Made by a program: the position numbers and the translations under genes
Shown here: positions 9,674 through 18,439 of the stretch, in pieces
Layout: every line of letters begins with the position of its first letter
How positions within the stretch are numbered: position 1 is the first letter of the stretch
Notes under the pieces: model-generated
What the model was told of the DNA's origin: nothing
Databases searched by the model: none
The model's input: the letters and a program-made list of their open reading frames with translations, nothing else
NCBI GenBank assembly: GCA_902772715.1
Contig: CACYBT010000294.1
Span: 1 to 54,542 of the forward strand
Direction: 5' to 3'
DNA length: 54,542 bases
DNA from: an uncultured Succinivibrio sp.
Lineage (GTDB): Bacteria; Pseudomonadota; Gammaproteobacteria; Enterobacterales; Succinivibrionaceae

Positions 9674-11938
9674 TCAGTCTATTCTAAGATTTTTAACCCT
9701 ACTCCAAATATCATTAAGTGTCCATATTGAAACATCTATTAAAGGTTCGTACATAAATGCATTTAAATGAATTGATTCTGGCGTAATCAAATTAATATCA
9801 TCCATTAGGATTTTTTCATTATCTGAAAGATATGATTTTGCTTTTTCATACCAGTCTCTCATTTGATTTTTAGAACTGTCAGCACATCTATTTTCATGGG
9901 CAATGATTACTTGTTTTAGGTATTGTTCGGCTCTTAGTCTTGATGCAATTGATAAAATCAATTTATTTTCTAGAGAAATATCATCATCTTCACTTGAAAT
10001 ATCATTAGCAATCTCTTGTATTGTATCAAAATATCTTTCTGCTCCAAATGCTGTATTACCCCCATTGACATAAGGTCTAATTATTTCCCATAAGGTTGAC
10101 AATGTTACATTACTCGTAATAATTGGTTCTGTTTTATAGTGAAGGAAGCAGGTCAACTTCATATAATCCACATTTTGATTATCTGCACCTTTTGTGTATT
10201 CTGTTAAATTACGATAAAAAGGAATACTTGCTATAAGCATCTTTTTCCGTTTATAAACATCTGTACCATTTATGCCTGCTATAATGACATTTTTAAAGAA
10301 ATCATTTTGATAACGGAATTCTGTCATTGAAATTTTGCCTGCATTGTCTTTTTGTACAATATAGCAATGATTCCGCCACACGTTCAACCTTAGTTTAGCA
10401 GTCCTAAAAAAGTCAAAGTTATGGGTAAGCATAAGCAAATCTATACCAGTATTTTGGGATAAATCAGCCAAATACTCAATGATCGCATATTTGTTCTTAT
10501 AGTCAAAGGAGTCAGAAATATCATCAGTAATAATAAGATGCTTTTGCCCGGCAGCAGCCTGTTTACGAATCCGCTCGAGATCAAACAAAATATACATTAG
10601 ATACATTGCTCGTTTTTCACCCATGCTGAGAGAAGGTAAAAGTTCATCTTTTGATAAATCTGCACTTTGTTCATCAGCACCGCTACCACGCTTATACTCA
10701 AAGGAAAGATTTGGGGCTTCGTCTTTTAGAATAAAGTTGGATTGGTTGTTTATTTTAACAGTAAAAGGAACACGAAATCTACGATTAAACTCTTCAACCA
10801 CATCCCGCCATCGTTCAGACTGAGCAGAAGCACGCTCATACAATTCTCTTACGCGTTCAGTATATCTGGTGATTTCATTGTAATAATCATCAAAAGATTT
10901 TTCTAACTGTGAACAATAGGCAATCCAAAAACGTTTCTTCGTTCTCGAGATTTCGAAAAGTAAGGGAATAATCTGCTGGTGTTCAATGATTATTCGCCTT
11001 GCTGCATCAACATCATTATTTGCAGTAAGGTTCTTTTTTAACCTTTCAAAAGCACCATGTAGTGCTTCATCAGCATACATCCGCTGGATTTGAGCATCAA
11101 CGGCAGCTTTCCACTCACTGACACTATGTATTTCTGTTCCCCCTCTCAAAACAATCTTATGATGAGCGGAGAACAAATTGTTTGTTGAAAAAATTTTTGT
11201 TAATGTTTCCGCGTTGCGATCTGAAAAATTATTATTCAACAGTTCGCTATTTTGAAGAAGCTCACCAAGTCTTTCAATATATTGCTGAATATAACCCCTA
11301 AACTCTGGTTTCCCATATTCCTTCAAAGCCTTTTCATGAAACAAAACAGCTGCCCTGATTTCATCAAGATAGGCAATTGGGGGTTCTTCCTGCATTAATG
11401 CGTAAAGGGTATTAATTATATCCGGCCAATCAGCAGTTCTATCAAGTCCTAGGTCTTCAATTAATATATCTTTTATTTTTGTTTTTGAAAAGCCTGATTT
11501 TACTGCCAATGCCGCCTCAAGCCCCTTAATTTGTTCCAAAAACTGTGCCATCAAATGATCATATTCAGCTCTGGTGCCTTCATCAGCAAGTAGAGTACTA
11601 ATTGTTTCTTTTGTAAATTCAAAATTATCAGAAAATGAATTGACAACATACACAGCATTACAAGAAGGAATATTCCCGGAATCTGCTGATGTGAATGCAA
11701 AATTGCTCTCATTATAACGGATAGAATATGAAGTTATGGCAGAGGAGAATATACGATCTCGGCTGGCCTCTCCCCTGGATAAATCTTCAAACACCTTAGC
11801 GAATGATGTTTTCATTACTCCGTTTGGAGCATATATCAATGCTATATTTGACAAGGAAAAATCGATACCATCCCCCATATCGAATTCTTTAATGCCATAA
11901 CAATTTTCAAATCTTCCAGATAACATTGTTATCTCCAT
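9674..11938 (-). CDS. Stand-alone ABC/SMC-like ATPase with helical insert and HEPN-like C-terminus (PrrC/RloC-like architecture)
   Basis: Variant Walker A YAPNGVMKTS, signature LSMGEKR, Walker B/D-loop ITDDISDSFD, H-loop LTHN; C-terminal SRLRAE...TPESIH. Confidence 0.75.
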   Translation of the reverse strand: MEITMLSGRFENCYGIKEFDMGDGIDFSLSNIALIYAPNGVMKTSFAKVFEDLSRGEASRDRIFSSAITSYSIRYNESNFAFTSADSGNIPSCNAVYVVNSFSDNFEFTKETISTLLADEGTRAEYDHLMAQFLEQIKGLEAALAVKSGFSKTKIKDILIEDLGLDRTADWPDIINTLYALMQEEPPIAYLDEIRAAVLFHEKALKEYGKPEFRGYIQQYIERLGELLQNSELLNNNFSDRNAETLTKIFSTNNLFSAHHKIVLRGGTEIHSVSEWKAAVDAQIQRMYADEALHGAFERLKKNLTANNDVDAARRIIIEHQQIIPLLFEISRTKKRFWIAYCSQLEKSFDDYYNEITRYTERVRELYERASAQSERWRDVVEEFNRRFRVPFTVKINNQSNFILKDEAPNLSFEYKRGSGADEQSADLSKDELLPSLSMGEKRAMYLMYILFDLERIRKQAAAGQKHLIITDDISDSFDYKNKYAIIEYLADLSQNTGIDLLMLTHNFDFFRTAKLRLNVWRNHCYIVQKDNAGKISMTEFRYQNDFFKNVIIAGINGTDVYKRKKMLIASIPFYRNLTEYTKGADNQNVDYMKLTCFLHYKTEPIITSNVTLSTLWEIIRPYVNGGNTAFGAERYFDTIQEIANDISSEDDDISLENKLILSIASRLRAEQYLKQVIIAHENRCADSSKNQMRDWYEKAKSYLSDNEKILMDDINLITPESIHLNAFMYEPLIDVSIWTLNDIWSRVKNLRID

Positions 11939-12271
11939 ATTTCATTATTAATGATAGATGTGCCAATACTTATTGCCTTTTCGATAAATACGATTTATAT
12001 ATTTCTGATTCATTAAAAGCTAACTTATATAAATTATCACTAGTTGTTGTTAGAGTTTTGGGAATAGGAAATGAATATTTAGATTCAAGAAAGATATTAA
12101 ATTGATTGAAAAAAATAGTAGCATATTTACTAATAATTATACCATCTTTCTCTTCTGAAAAACTTTAATCCCAAATGTACTTAAAAGGCATATAAAAAGC
12201 CTCTCTAAAATCCAGTAACACTGAATTCTAGCATAATTGTGCATTTACTTATTATAATATTCTATTCAGTT

Positions 12272-12979
12272 TCAAAAAATATCACTCTCTTTATATTTTG
12301 CATTTGAAATATATTCACAAACATAAGTGAGAACTATCTCCAAGTAATCAAAAACTGAAGCATGTTTCTTTTTTAATTCCTGCCAAGTATAATCACGGCC
12401 AACTTCTTCAAATGTTTTTCTACCATGAGCCAAATCATTTCTTTCATTCTTTATTCGTCCTAATACTTTTTCATTTTCTTCAATTTTTATCCCATATTTT
12501 TTAAAAACACTCTTTATTTCAGCATCATCTAGATTGCCACTAAAAAGTTCATAATTCTTTTTCATATCCTCATATGATAATCCAAAATTTTTATAATTTA
12601 ATATATAATCTATCTTATCTATTTCATAATCTATTTTGTTTTTTTTGTTATTATGCAAAAAAGGGGTATTAATTGATTTATCATAATAAGTTAAAAGTAT
12701 TTTTCTAATGTGTTTGCTTAATTTATTGAAGTCAAGAGATTCAGAACAAATTGTTTCATGTATTTTCTGCAAACATTTTGAACAGGTTGATTCTACTGCA
12801 TTATAAAGCATAAGAACAATACTAGCTTTTAAAGATGGCATTATAATTTCTTTTCTGTTTGTTAATGACAAACATATATTATTACCTTCATTTATTCCTT
12901 TATCTAAGTTAATACCAAATTCAATAATTATTGATGTTTCTTCTCTAAGATCACTAAATTCTTGTTTTAGTGTTTCCAT
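12272..12979 (-). CDS. HEPN-domain putative RNase (MAE_28990-like)
   Basis: LKAS..LMLYNAVES, FSGNLD and intact RNDLAHG (Rx4H) motif; overlaps the DUF262 gene. Confidence 0.85.
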   Translation of the reverse strand: METLKQEFSDLREETSIIIEFGINLDKGINEGNNICLSLTNRKEIIMPSLKASIVLMLYNAVESTCSKCLQKIHETICSESLDFNKLSKHIRKILLTYYDKSINTPFLHNNKKNKIDYEIDKIDYILNYKNFGLSYEDMKKNYELFSGNLDDAEIKSVFKKYGIKIEENEKVLGRIKNERNDLAHGRKTFEEVGRDYTWQELKKKHASVFDYLEIVLTYVCEYISNAKYKESDIF

Positions 12980-14094
12980 GAAGGATCTGCCCCTGTTATA
13001 AGTTTATAAATAAACGCAATTCGCCCACCAAGTTTATTCTTTTCGTGTAATTTATTAGCTACATGAGTATACCGTCTAAACTCGTCCGATTCAAGTTGTT
13101 TTACAACATACTCTTTATCCAGTTCTCTTTTTGCTTTATTATCAATAAGCCCCAAATGTACGCCAACTGATATAGCTTCAAATACTGATCGTTTAGTCTG
13201 AGGATTATATACATGTCGGAATCCAAAAGGGAAATTTTCATTAACATAATCACAAACATCATCAAAATTTTTCTTATATTTATTTAAAACATTTAATACG
13301 TCAATGTCATTCAGTTGTTTCAAATACTCATTTTTTTCTTTTAAATACGCATCAAGAAATACAGCTATCCCCATATCTTTTATTCCAGAACAATATGCCT
13401 TTCTATCTGTAATTGCAAAGAAACGCAAAATCAACTCTTCCCTTTCTTGGCGCCTTTCAAGCCACTTGTCTAATGGCATTAATTTTTCTAGTTCTTTGTT
13501 GTTTTTACAATAATCATAAACAAAGTTTGTAAAAACTCCAGGAATACTACCTTTTCTGTTTTCCATAGGTTTTAACAAATCACTTCCACGATTAATTCGT
13601 TCAAACATATCTTTCTTAATATCATCTGTTGTTTCTTCATCAAGAACTATTATTCTTAATGCTGTATTAAGGATTTTTCCTCGCCTTGATTCTGTGAGAT
13701 CTTTAAAATAAAAACCATTAAGAATTGATAATGTTTCTAAACCCTTCAAATAGAAATTATTATTTACAAATGAATGAATAGTTCTAATTCTTTGTGAACC
13801 ATCTACTATTTCCCATGCACTATTTTTATTTTCCGCAACAAAAATAAATGGAATAGGCAATCCAAGAATAATAGATTCAATAAATTTTGACTGCCTTCCT
13901 TCATCCCAAGTAAAATCTCTTTGATAATCTGGAACATAAATACAATTATACACTTTCGATGTATCTTCTTTTTCAAGACTTTCGTCATATTTTTCTGAAA
14001 TAGCTTCAACTGTTAAATCCCGGATATCGTATCTTACTTCTCTTCTCTTGTTATAAATCTCTTTTTCAATTAAATCTGAATTAAATTTATCCAT
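12967..14094 (-). CDS. DUF262 (GmrS/ParB-like NTPase) domain protein
   Basis: VPDYQRDFTW, VDGSQR and FERINRG DUF262 motifs; AGGAG RBS. Confidence 0.9.
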   Translation of the reverse strand: MDKFNSDLIEKEIYNKRREVRYDIRDLTVEAISEKYDESLEKEDTSKVYNCIYVPDYQRDFTWDEGRQSKFIESIILGLPIPFIFVAENKNSAWEIVDGSQRIRTIHSFVNNNFYLKGLETLSILNGFYFKDLTESRRGKILNTALRIIVLDEETTDDIKKDMFERINRGSDLLKPMENRKGSIPGVFTNFVYDYCKNNKELEKLMPLDKWLERRQEREELILRFFAITDRKAYCSGIKDMGIAVFLDAYLKEKNEYLKQLNDIDVLNVLNKYKKNFDDVCDYVNENFPFGFRHVYNPQTKRSVFEAISVGVHLGLIDNKAKRELDKEYVVKQLESDEFRRYTHVANKLHEKNKLGGRIAFIYKLITGADPSWKH

Positions 14095-14233
14095 TTTTTC
14101 TCCTGTTTTCTAATTAATATTTTTGTTAAATTTGCTCAGATAATTGTCCTTTTAGCATAAATATAACTATAAAAACATATGAGTTTTAGGTATATTTTTC
14201 AACTTCAAAGCCATATTGATATATTGTTACCTT

Positions 14234-14920
14234 TTATCCATTTAAAAACTTATACTTGAACTCCGCTATCTTCCAGTCGTCTTCTGTATCAATATCCTGA
14301 ACTTTTTCATCTGGAAGGATATACGGGCAGGCATATTCACCAAATCCAGGTACTTTTTCTTCAAAATAAGCTTTAGAGTACCAATAAAAAAGACCTGCAT
14401 CATGATATGCTTCGGGAAGGTCCTGAGACCGTTTAGGATAGTTCTCGGGCCAGTTCATAACAAGTCTGTCATTTTCTATCTTTAGAGAACGGAAAATGGT
14501 ATAAGAATACTTAACTACAGGCACAACTGATACACATTGTTTTTCTTCCAAAACAGAATGTCCTGTTATAAGATCTTCAGCTGAGATAAGTGGTGCTGTA
14601 GGCAGAATACAGCAGACCTGGTCAAAAACCCTGCCCCTTTTATGATATTCCCCAAGAACTTCGTTTAATACATCTTTTAAGATAGCATAATCATTCGCGG
14701 TTTCTGCACTTCTAAGGAAAGGTACAGATGCTCCATATTTTTTAGCAACTTCAGCAATTTCTATATCATCTGTTGAGACCATAATCTCGTCAAAAAGTTT
14801 TGTTTGACGAGCCGCTTCTATTGAATACGCGACAATCGGCTTCCCGCAAAATAGTTTAATGTTCTTTCTAGGAATACGTTTGCTGCCACCACGGGCAGGA
14901 ATAATTGCAACTTTTGTCAT
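14234..14920 (-). CDS. pseF: Nonulosonic acid cytidylyltransferase (PseF/NeuA family)
   Basis: IIPARGGSKRIPRKN, RSQDL.EAYHDAG.FY and VQDIDTEDDW motifs; ATG at 14920 preferred. Confidence 0.88.
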   Translation of the reverse strand: MTKVAIIPARGGSKRIPRKNIKLFCGKPIVAYSIEAARQTKLFDEIMVSTDDIEIAEVAKKYGASVPFLRSAETANDYAILKDVLNEVLGEYHKRGRVFDQVCCILPTAPLISAEDLITGHSVLEEKQCVSVVPVVKYSYTIFRSLKIENDRLVMNWPENYPKRSQDLPEAYHDAGLFYWYSKAYFEEKVPGFGEYACPYILPDEKVQDIDTEDDWKIAEFKYKFLNG

Positions 14921-14925
14921 ATTTC

Positions 14926-15465
14926 TTACTTCCATAAAGAACGATAACCCTGTTCGGTTATACCATAATACAAAGAATCAACCCATTTATCTTCGGTCCA
15001 ATGGGTTTCCTTATGACAACCTTCAAGAGCAAATCCTAAGGTTTTAAACATCTTCTGCTTTTTCACATCGATACTATAAATTTCTGACCAAAGACGATGG
15101 AGATTCAATTCTCCAAATCCATACTTCATCATAGTTTTGGCTGCATCAATGGCATAAAGGTCATCAATATAAAGATCATCTTTCCCGATATAAATGGAGA
15201 AGTCGGCATTCCGGTTTATCCAATCAATATAACATAATCCGCAAGCTCCTATAAGTTTGCCGGTAGCAAGCTCAACAATGGCAAACATCCTAGTGCAGTT
15301 GTCATTCATTACTTTTGACTCAAACCATTTTTCCTGACTTTCTTCATTCAGTTCCCGATATTCCCTAAAAAACTTGCGGTATTCTGGTTTGTTGCGCCAG
15401 ATAAGTAACTGTGGCAAGTCTGTTTTTGTAATTGCTCTAAGAGCGGTCACTTCACCTTTAAGCAT
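14926..15465 (-). CDS. GNAT N-acetyltransferase (PseH/RimL-like)
   Basis: LIWRN, IGACGL..IDWINRNA, FGELNLHR and LGFALEG motifs; ATG at 15465 preferred. Confidence 0.8.
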   Translation of the reverse strand: MLKGEVTALRAITKTDLPQLLIWRNKPEYRKFFREYRELNEESQEKWFESKVMNDNCTRMFAIVELATGKLIGACGLCYIDWINRNADFSIYIGKDDLYIDDLYAIDAAKTMMKYGFGELNLHRLWSEIYSIDVKKQKMFKTLGFALEGCHKETHWTEDKWVDSLYYGITEQGYRSLWK

Positions 15466-15476
15466 GGCATTTCCTC

Positions 15477-16553
15477 TCAATCAAAATCAGAATAATAAAG
15501 GGCATCCCCTTTCTCTTTTTCAGCCGAAAGCTTCTTGCCCAGAATGCTCTCCAGCTGATATGGCTTTATTGCGCCGATTGGCGCAGGTCTAAGACATTCA
15601 ACAGCATCTTCGGTAATAATTTCACCTTTATGCAGAATCCGTTTTGTCCGGACACACCGCTGTTGTGCCACAACTGTATCTTTCTCGTTCTCCTCAACAA
15701 CCTTGATACCAGATCCCAGCGCATTTTCAAGCTCTCTGGTGCGTAATACCATCTCTTCCCAAGAGACCGGGTTCATAGAGAACGGATGATCCGGACCGGG
15801 TAAGTTGTTGTCGTGAGTAAAGTGCTTCTCTATAACCCTGGCACCTAATGCAACAGCACCAAGTACAGTAGAACAACCTGGTGTGTGATCAGACAGGCCG
15901 AGCAGCATACCAGGGTATCTGATACTATATGTCTCAAGCACTTTCAGGTTGATATTCTTGAAATTTTCCAGGCTGCCGGTATAGTTTGTATTACATTGCA
16001 TAAGGACAATATCTTTATTTACATCAAGAATTGTGTCAACAGCTCTTTCAACATCTTCCATTGTGGAAGCACCAGTAGCAAGAAGAACAGGTTTCTTTTT
16101 TGAAGCAATATACTGAATAAATTGTGGCCAAGTTATGTCCCCAGACCCAATTTTATAAGCAGGTACATAGGGATCAAGCATCTCGACAGCAGGAACATCA
16201 TAAGGGGTGCTCATAAAATCAATTCCAGCCTTTTTGGCTGTTTCTGCCAGCTCAAGAGTCCAGTCCCTGTTACACTCACACTCTTTGAAAACATCATAAA
16301 CACTTTTTGACCACTTGGCCTGATGGCTAAGCTGGCTCTTAAGATGGGTAAATCCATAATCGCTTACAATTTTATCTGCCTCAAAATGTTGAAACTTGAC
16401 AGCATCTGCTCCTTTTTCTTTAGCAAGATAAATAAGATCCTTAGCCAAAGCTAAATCGCCATCATGGTTTGATGCAACATCTGCAATAAAATAAGTCGGG
16501 GCAGAAATAGAAAGCTCCCGCCCATTAATTTTTATTTCGGTGTTATATTTCAT
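15477..16553 (-). CDS. Nonulosonic acid synthase (NeuB/PseI family) with C-terminal SAF domain
   Basis: IADVASNHDG, DAVKFQ, KIGSGD, GLSDHT, IEKHFT and GPDH motifs. Confidence 0.92.
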   Translation of the reverse strand: MKYNTEIKINGRELSISAPTYFIADVASNHDGDLALAKDLIYLAKEKGADAVKFQHFEADKIVSDYGFTHLKSQLSHQAKWSKSVYDVFKECECNRDWTLELAETAKKAGIDFMSTPYDVPAVEMLDPYVPAYKIGSGDITWPQFIQYIASKKKPVLLATGASTMEDVERAVDTILDVNKDIVLMQCNTNYTGSLENFKNINLKVLETYSIRYPGMLLGLSDHTPGCSTVLGAVALGARVIEKHFTHDNNLPGPDHPFSMNPVSWEEMVLRTRELENALGSGIKVVEENEKDTVVAQQRCVRTKRILHKGEIITEDAVECLRPAPIGAIKPYQLESILGKKLSAEKEKGDALYYSDFD

Positions 16554-17425
16554 TTTATCTTCTCATACTCCTTCTTTATACTGAAAATAACTTCCTCCAA
16601 ACCTGGCATCTTATATCCCAGAAGAGCCTCCGCCTTCGTAACACAAAGTCCCAATGAATCTGCTCTTTTGCAATCTAATGTGTTCACAGAGGCATCAATA
16701 TATGGAGGATAAAAACCAAACAGTTGTTCCGACAACTTCAGAATGAATTCTTTCTTTGACGAAACATCGGCAGAAGCAATATTATAAAGTCCATGCGGTT
16801 TAATCTTGGCAAAATCATATAAGATTTTTGCAATCTGCACTGTATGTATTGAAGAGGTATAAAAATCTGTAAACAGATTCATCCTCTGCTTGCTCAGAAT
16901 TGTTCCTATAGCCCATTCAATAAAGGTTGGGGCATTCTCTCTTCCTCTGAATCCTACAATATTTGTTCTCACAACAAGTGCATCTGGATTTACCAAAGCA
17001 AACTGCTCTCCGCAATATTTTGTTCTTGCATACTCGTTAAGCAATTCCACTTTATCTTCTTCTGTATGTTTTTTTATAGTATCCCCGCTGTAATAATGAT
17101 CTGTGGAGATATGAATAAAATAAATTCCATACAGCTGGCAAAGACTTGCAAGTATGTGAACAAATCTGGCATTTATAAGATATGCTGCCCCTTTATCTGA
17201 CTCACATAATCCTACATTGACAATTGCGGCACAATTTATGATGACATCTGGTTTAACTGATTCAATACAATTCTTAACAGCTGTATCATCTAAAAAATCA
17301 AAGGAATAGTCTGCATTTGCCCGGTCTGCTGTATAAACTGCTGTATCAGGTTGAACTGAAAAATAATTATTCACTGCATGTCCTAGCATTCCATCTGAGC
17401 CGAACAGCAATACTTTTGTTTTCAT
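16550..17425 (-). CDS. RmlD-like NDP-4-keto-6-deoxyhexose reductase
   Basis: GSDGMLG, INCAA, HISTD and YARTK motifs; coupled between pseB and the NeuB-family gene. Confidence 0.82.
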   Translation of the reverse strand: MKTKVLLFGSDGMLGHAVNNYFSVQPDTAVYTADRANADYSFDFLDDTAVKNCIESVKPDVIINCAAIVNVGLCESDKGAAYLINARFVHILASLCQLYGIYFIHISTDHYYSGDTIKKHTEEDKVELLNEYARTKYCGEQFALVNPDALVVRTNIVGFRGRENAPTFIEWAIGTILSKQRMNLFTDFYTSSIHTVQIAKILYDFAKIKPHGLYNIASADVSSKKEFILKLSEQLFGFYPPYIDASVNTLDCKRADSLGLCVTKAEALLGYKMPGLEEVIFSIKKEYEKIK

Positions 17426-18420
17426 CAGATACTTCCTACTTTTGCTCTGTTTTTCTCAATCCACTCTCTAAGCTGAGGTATTGTCATCCATTCCTTATTG
17501 TTGTCAGATGTATAACTGAAGCCCTCTGGAACACGGATACCCCCCTTGATTGACTTTCTAATATCTCCCCATTCACAGATCTGTGGGAGAATCTTAAAGT
17601 GGTTTGGATACTCATAGGTATAGAAAGCATCCTCAGGGCTTATCATGGCCTCATGCAGTTTTTCTCCCGGCCGAATTCCAATTTCAATCTGTTCTGCGTT
17701 CGGATCCACAGCAGTAGCAATATCACATATGTTCATGGAAGGAATCTTTTTAACATAAATCTCCCCTCCCTCCATGTCATCAAAAGCATGCCATACCAGT
17801 TCCACGCCCTGCTCAAGGGAAATCATAAAGCGTGTCATACGTTTATCAGTGATAGTGAGCTTTCCAGTCTTAGCTGTTTCCATAAAGAAAGGAATAACAG
17901 AACCGCGGCTACCCATTACATTACCATAACGCACTACTGCAAACTTGGTCTTTCCGCCTGAATAAGCATTTCCGGCTATAAAAATCTTGTCAGAACAGAG
18001 TTTTGTCGCACCATAAAGGTTTACCGGCTTACAAGCTTTATCTGTAGAAAGAGCGACAAGCCTCTTTATTCCCTTGTCTATGCAGGCATCAATAAGATTC
18101 ATAGCACCATGAACATTGGTCTTAATACATTCAAACGGGTTATATTCTGCAGTAGGAACAATCTTAGTTGCTGCGGCATGAACCACAAAATCTACTCCAT
18201 CAAGGGCTCTGTACAGGCGATCTTTGTCCCTGACATCTCCAATAAAGAAGCGTATTCGTTTATCGCCTTGGAATTTTTTTGCCATATTCCACTGCTTCAT
18301 CTCATCTCTGGAATAAATAATAATCTTTTTCGGATTATATTTTGCCAAGGTCAGAGGAACAAAGGTATTTCCAAAGGACCCCGTTCCGCCAGTAATAAGA
18401 ATTGTTGAATTTGAAAGCAT
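17425..18420 (-). CDS. pseB: UDP-GlcNAc 4,6-dehydratase (inverting)
   Basis: TGGTGSFG, SRDEMKQ, HAAATKIVPTAEYNPFE, YGATK and RYGNVMGSRGSVIP; GGAGG RBS. Confidence 0.93.
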   Translation of the reverse strand: MLSNSTILITGGTGSFGNTFVPLTLAKYNPKKIIIYSRDEMKQWNMAKKFQGDKRIRFFIGDVRDKDRLYRALDGVDFVVHAAATKIVPTAEYNPFECIKTNVHGAMNLIDACIDKGIKRLVALSTDKACKPVNLYGATKLCSDKIFIAGNAYSGGKTKFAVVRYGNVMGSRGSVIPFFMETAKTGKLTITDKRMTRFMISLEQGVELVWHAFDDMEGGEIYVKKIPSMNICDIATAVDPNAEQIEIGIRPGEKLHEAMISPEDAFYTYEYPNHFKILPQICEWGDIRKSIKGGIRVPEGFSYTSDNNKEWMTIPQLREWIEKNRAKVGSI

Positions 18421-18439
18421 CTGCCATACCCTCCTAAAT

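Noticed and set aside
9674-11938. Naming the ATPase rloC or prrC
   Set aside because: It lacks the RloC CxxC zinc hook and a canonical Rx4H, is much longer than PrrC, and has no type I R-M context.
12183-12206. AGGC-N9-GCCT hairpin downstream of the HEPN gene as a terminator
   Set aside because: The stem is short and the U-tract weak; too little support to list as a feature.
16550-17425. Complete dTDP-L-rhamnose pathway (rmlABCD)
   Set aside because: No rmlC in the window, and the RmlD-like gene is coupled to pseB/neuB about 13 kb from rmlAB.
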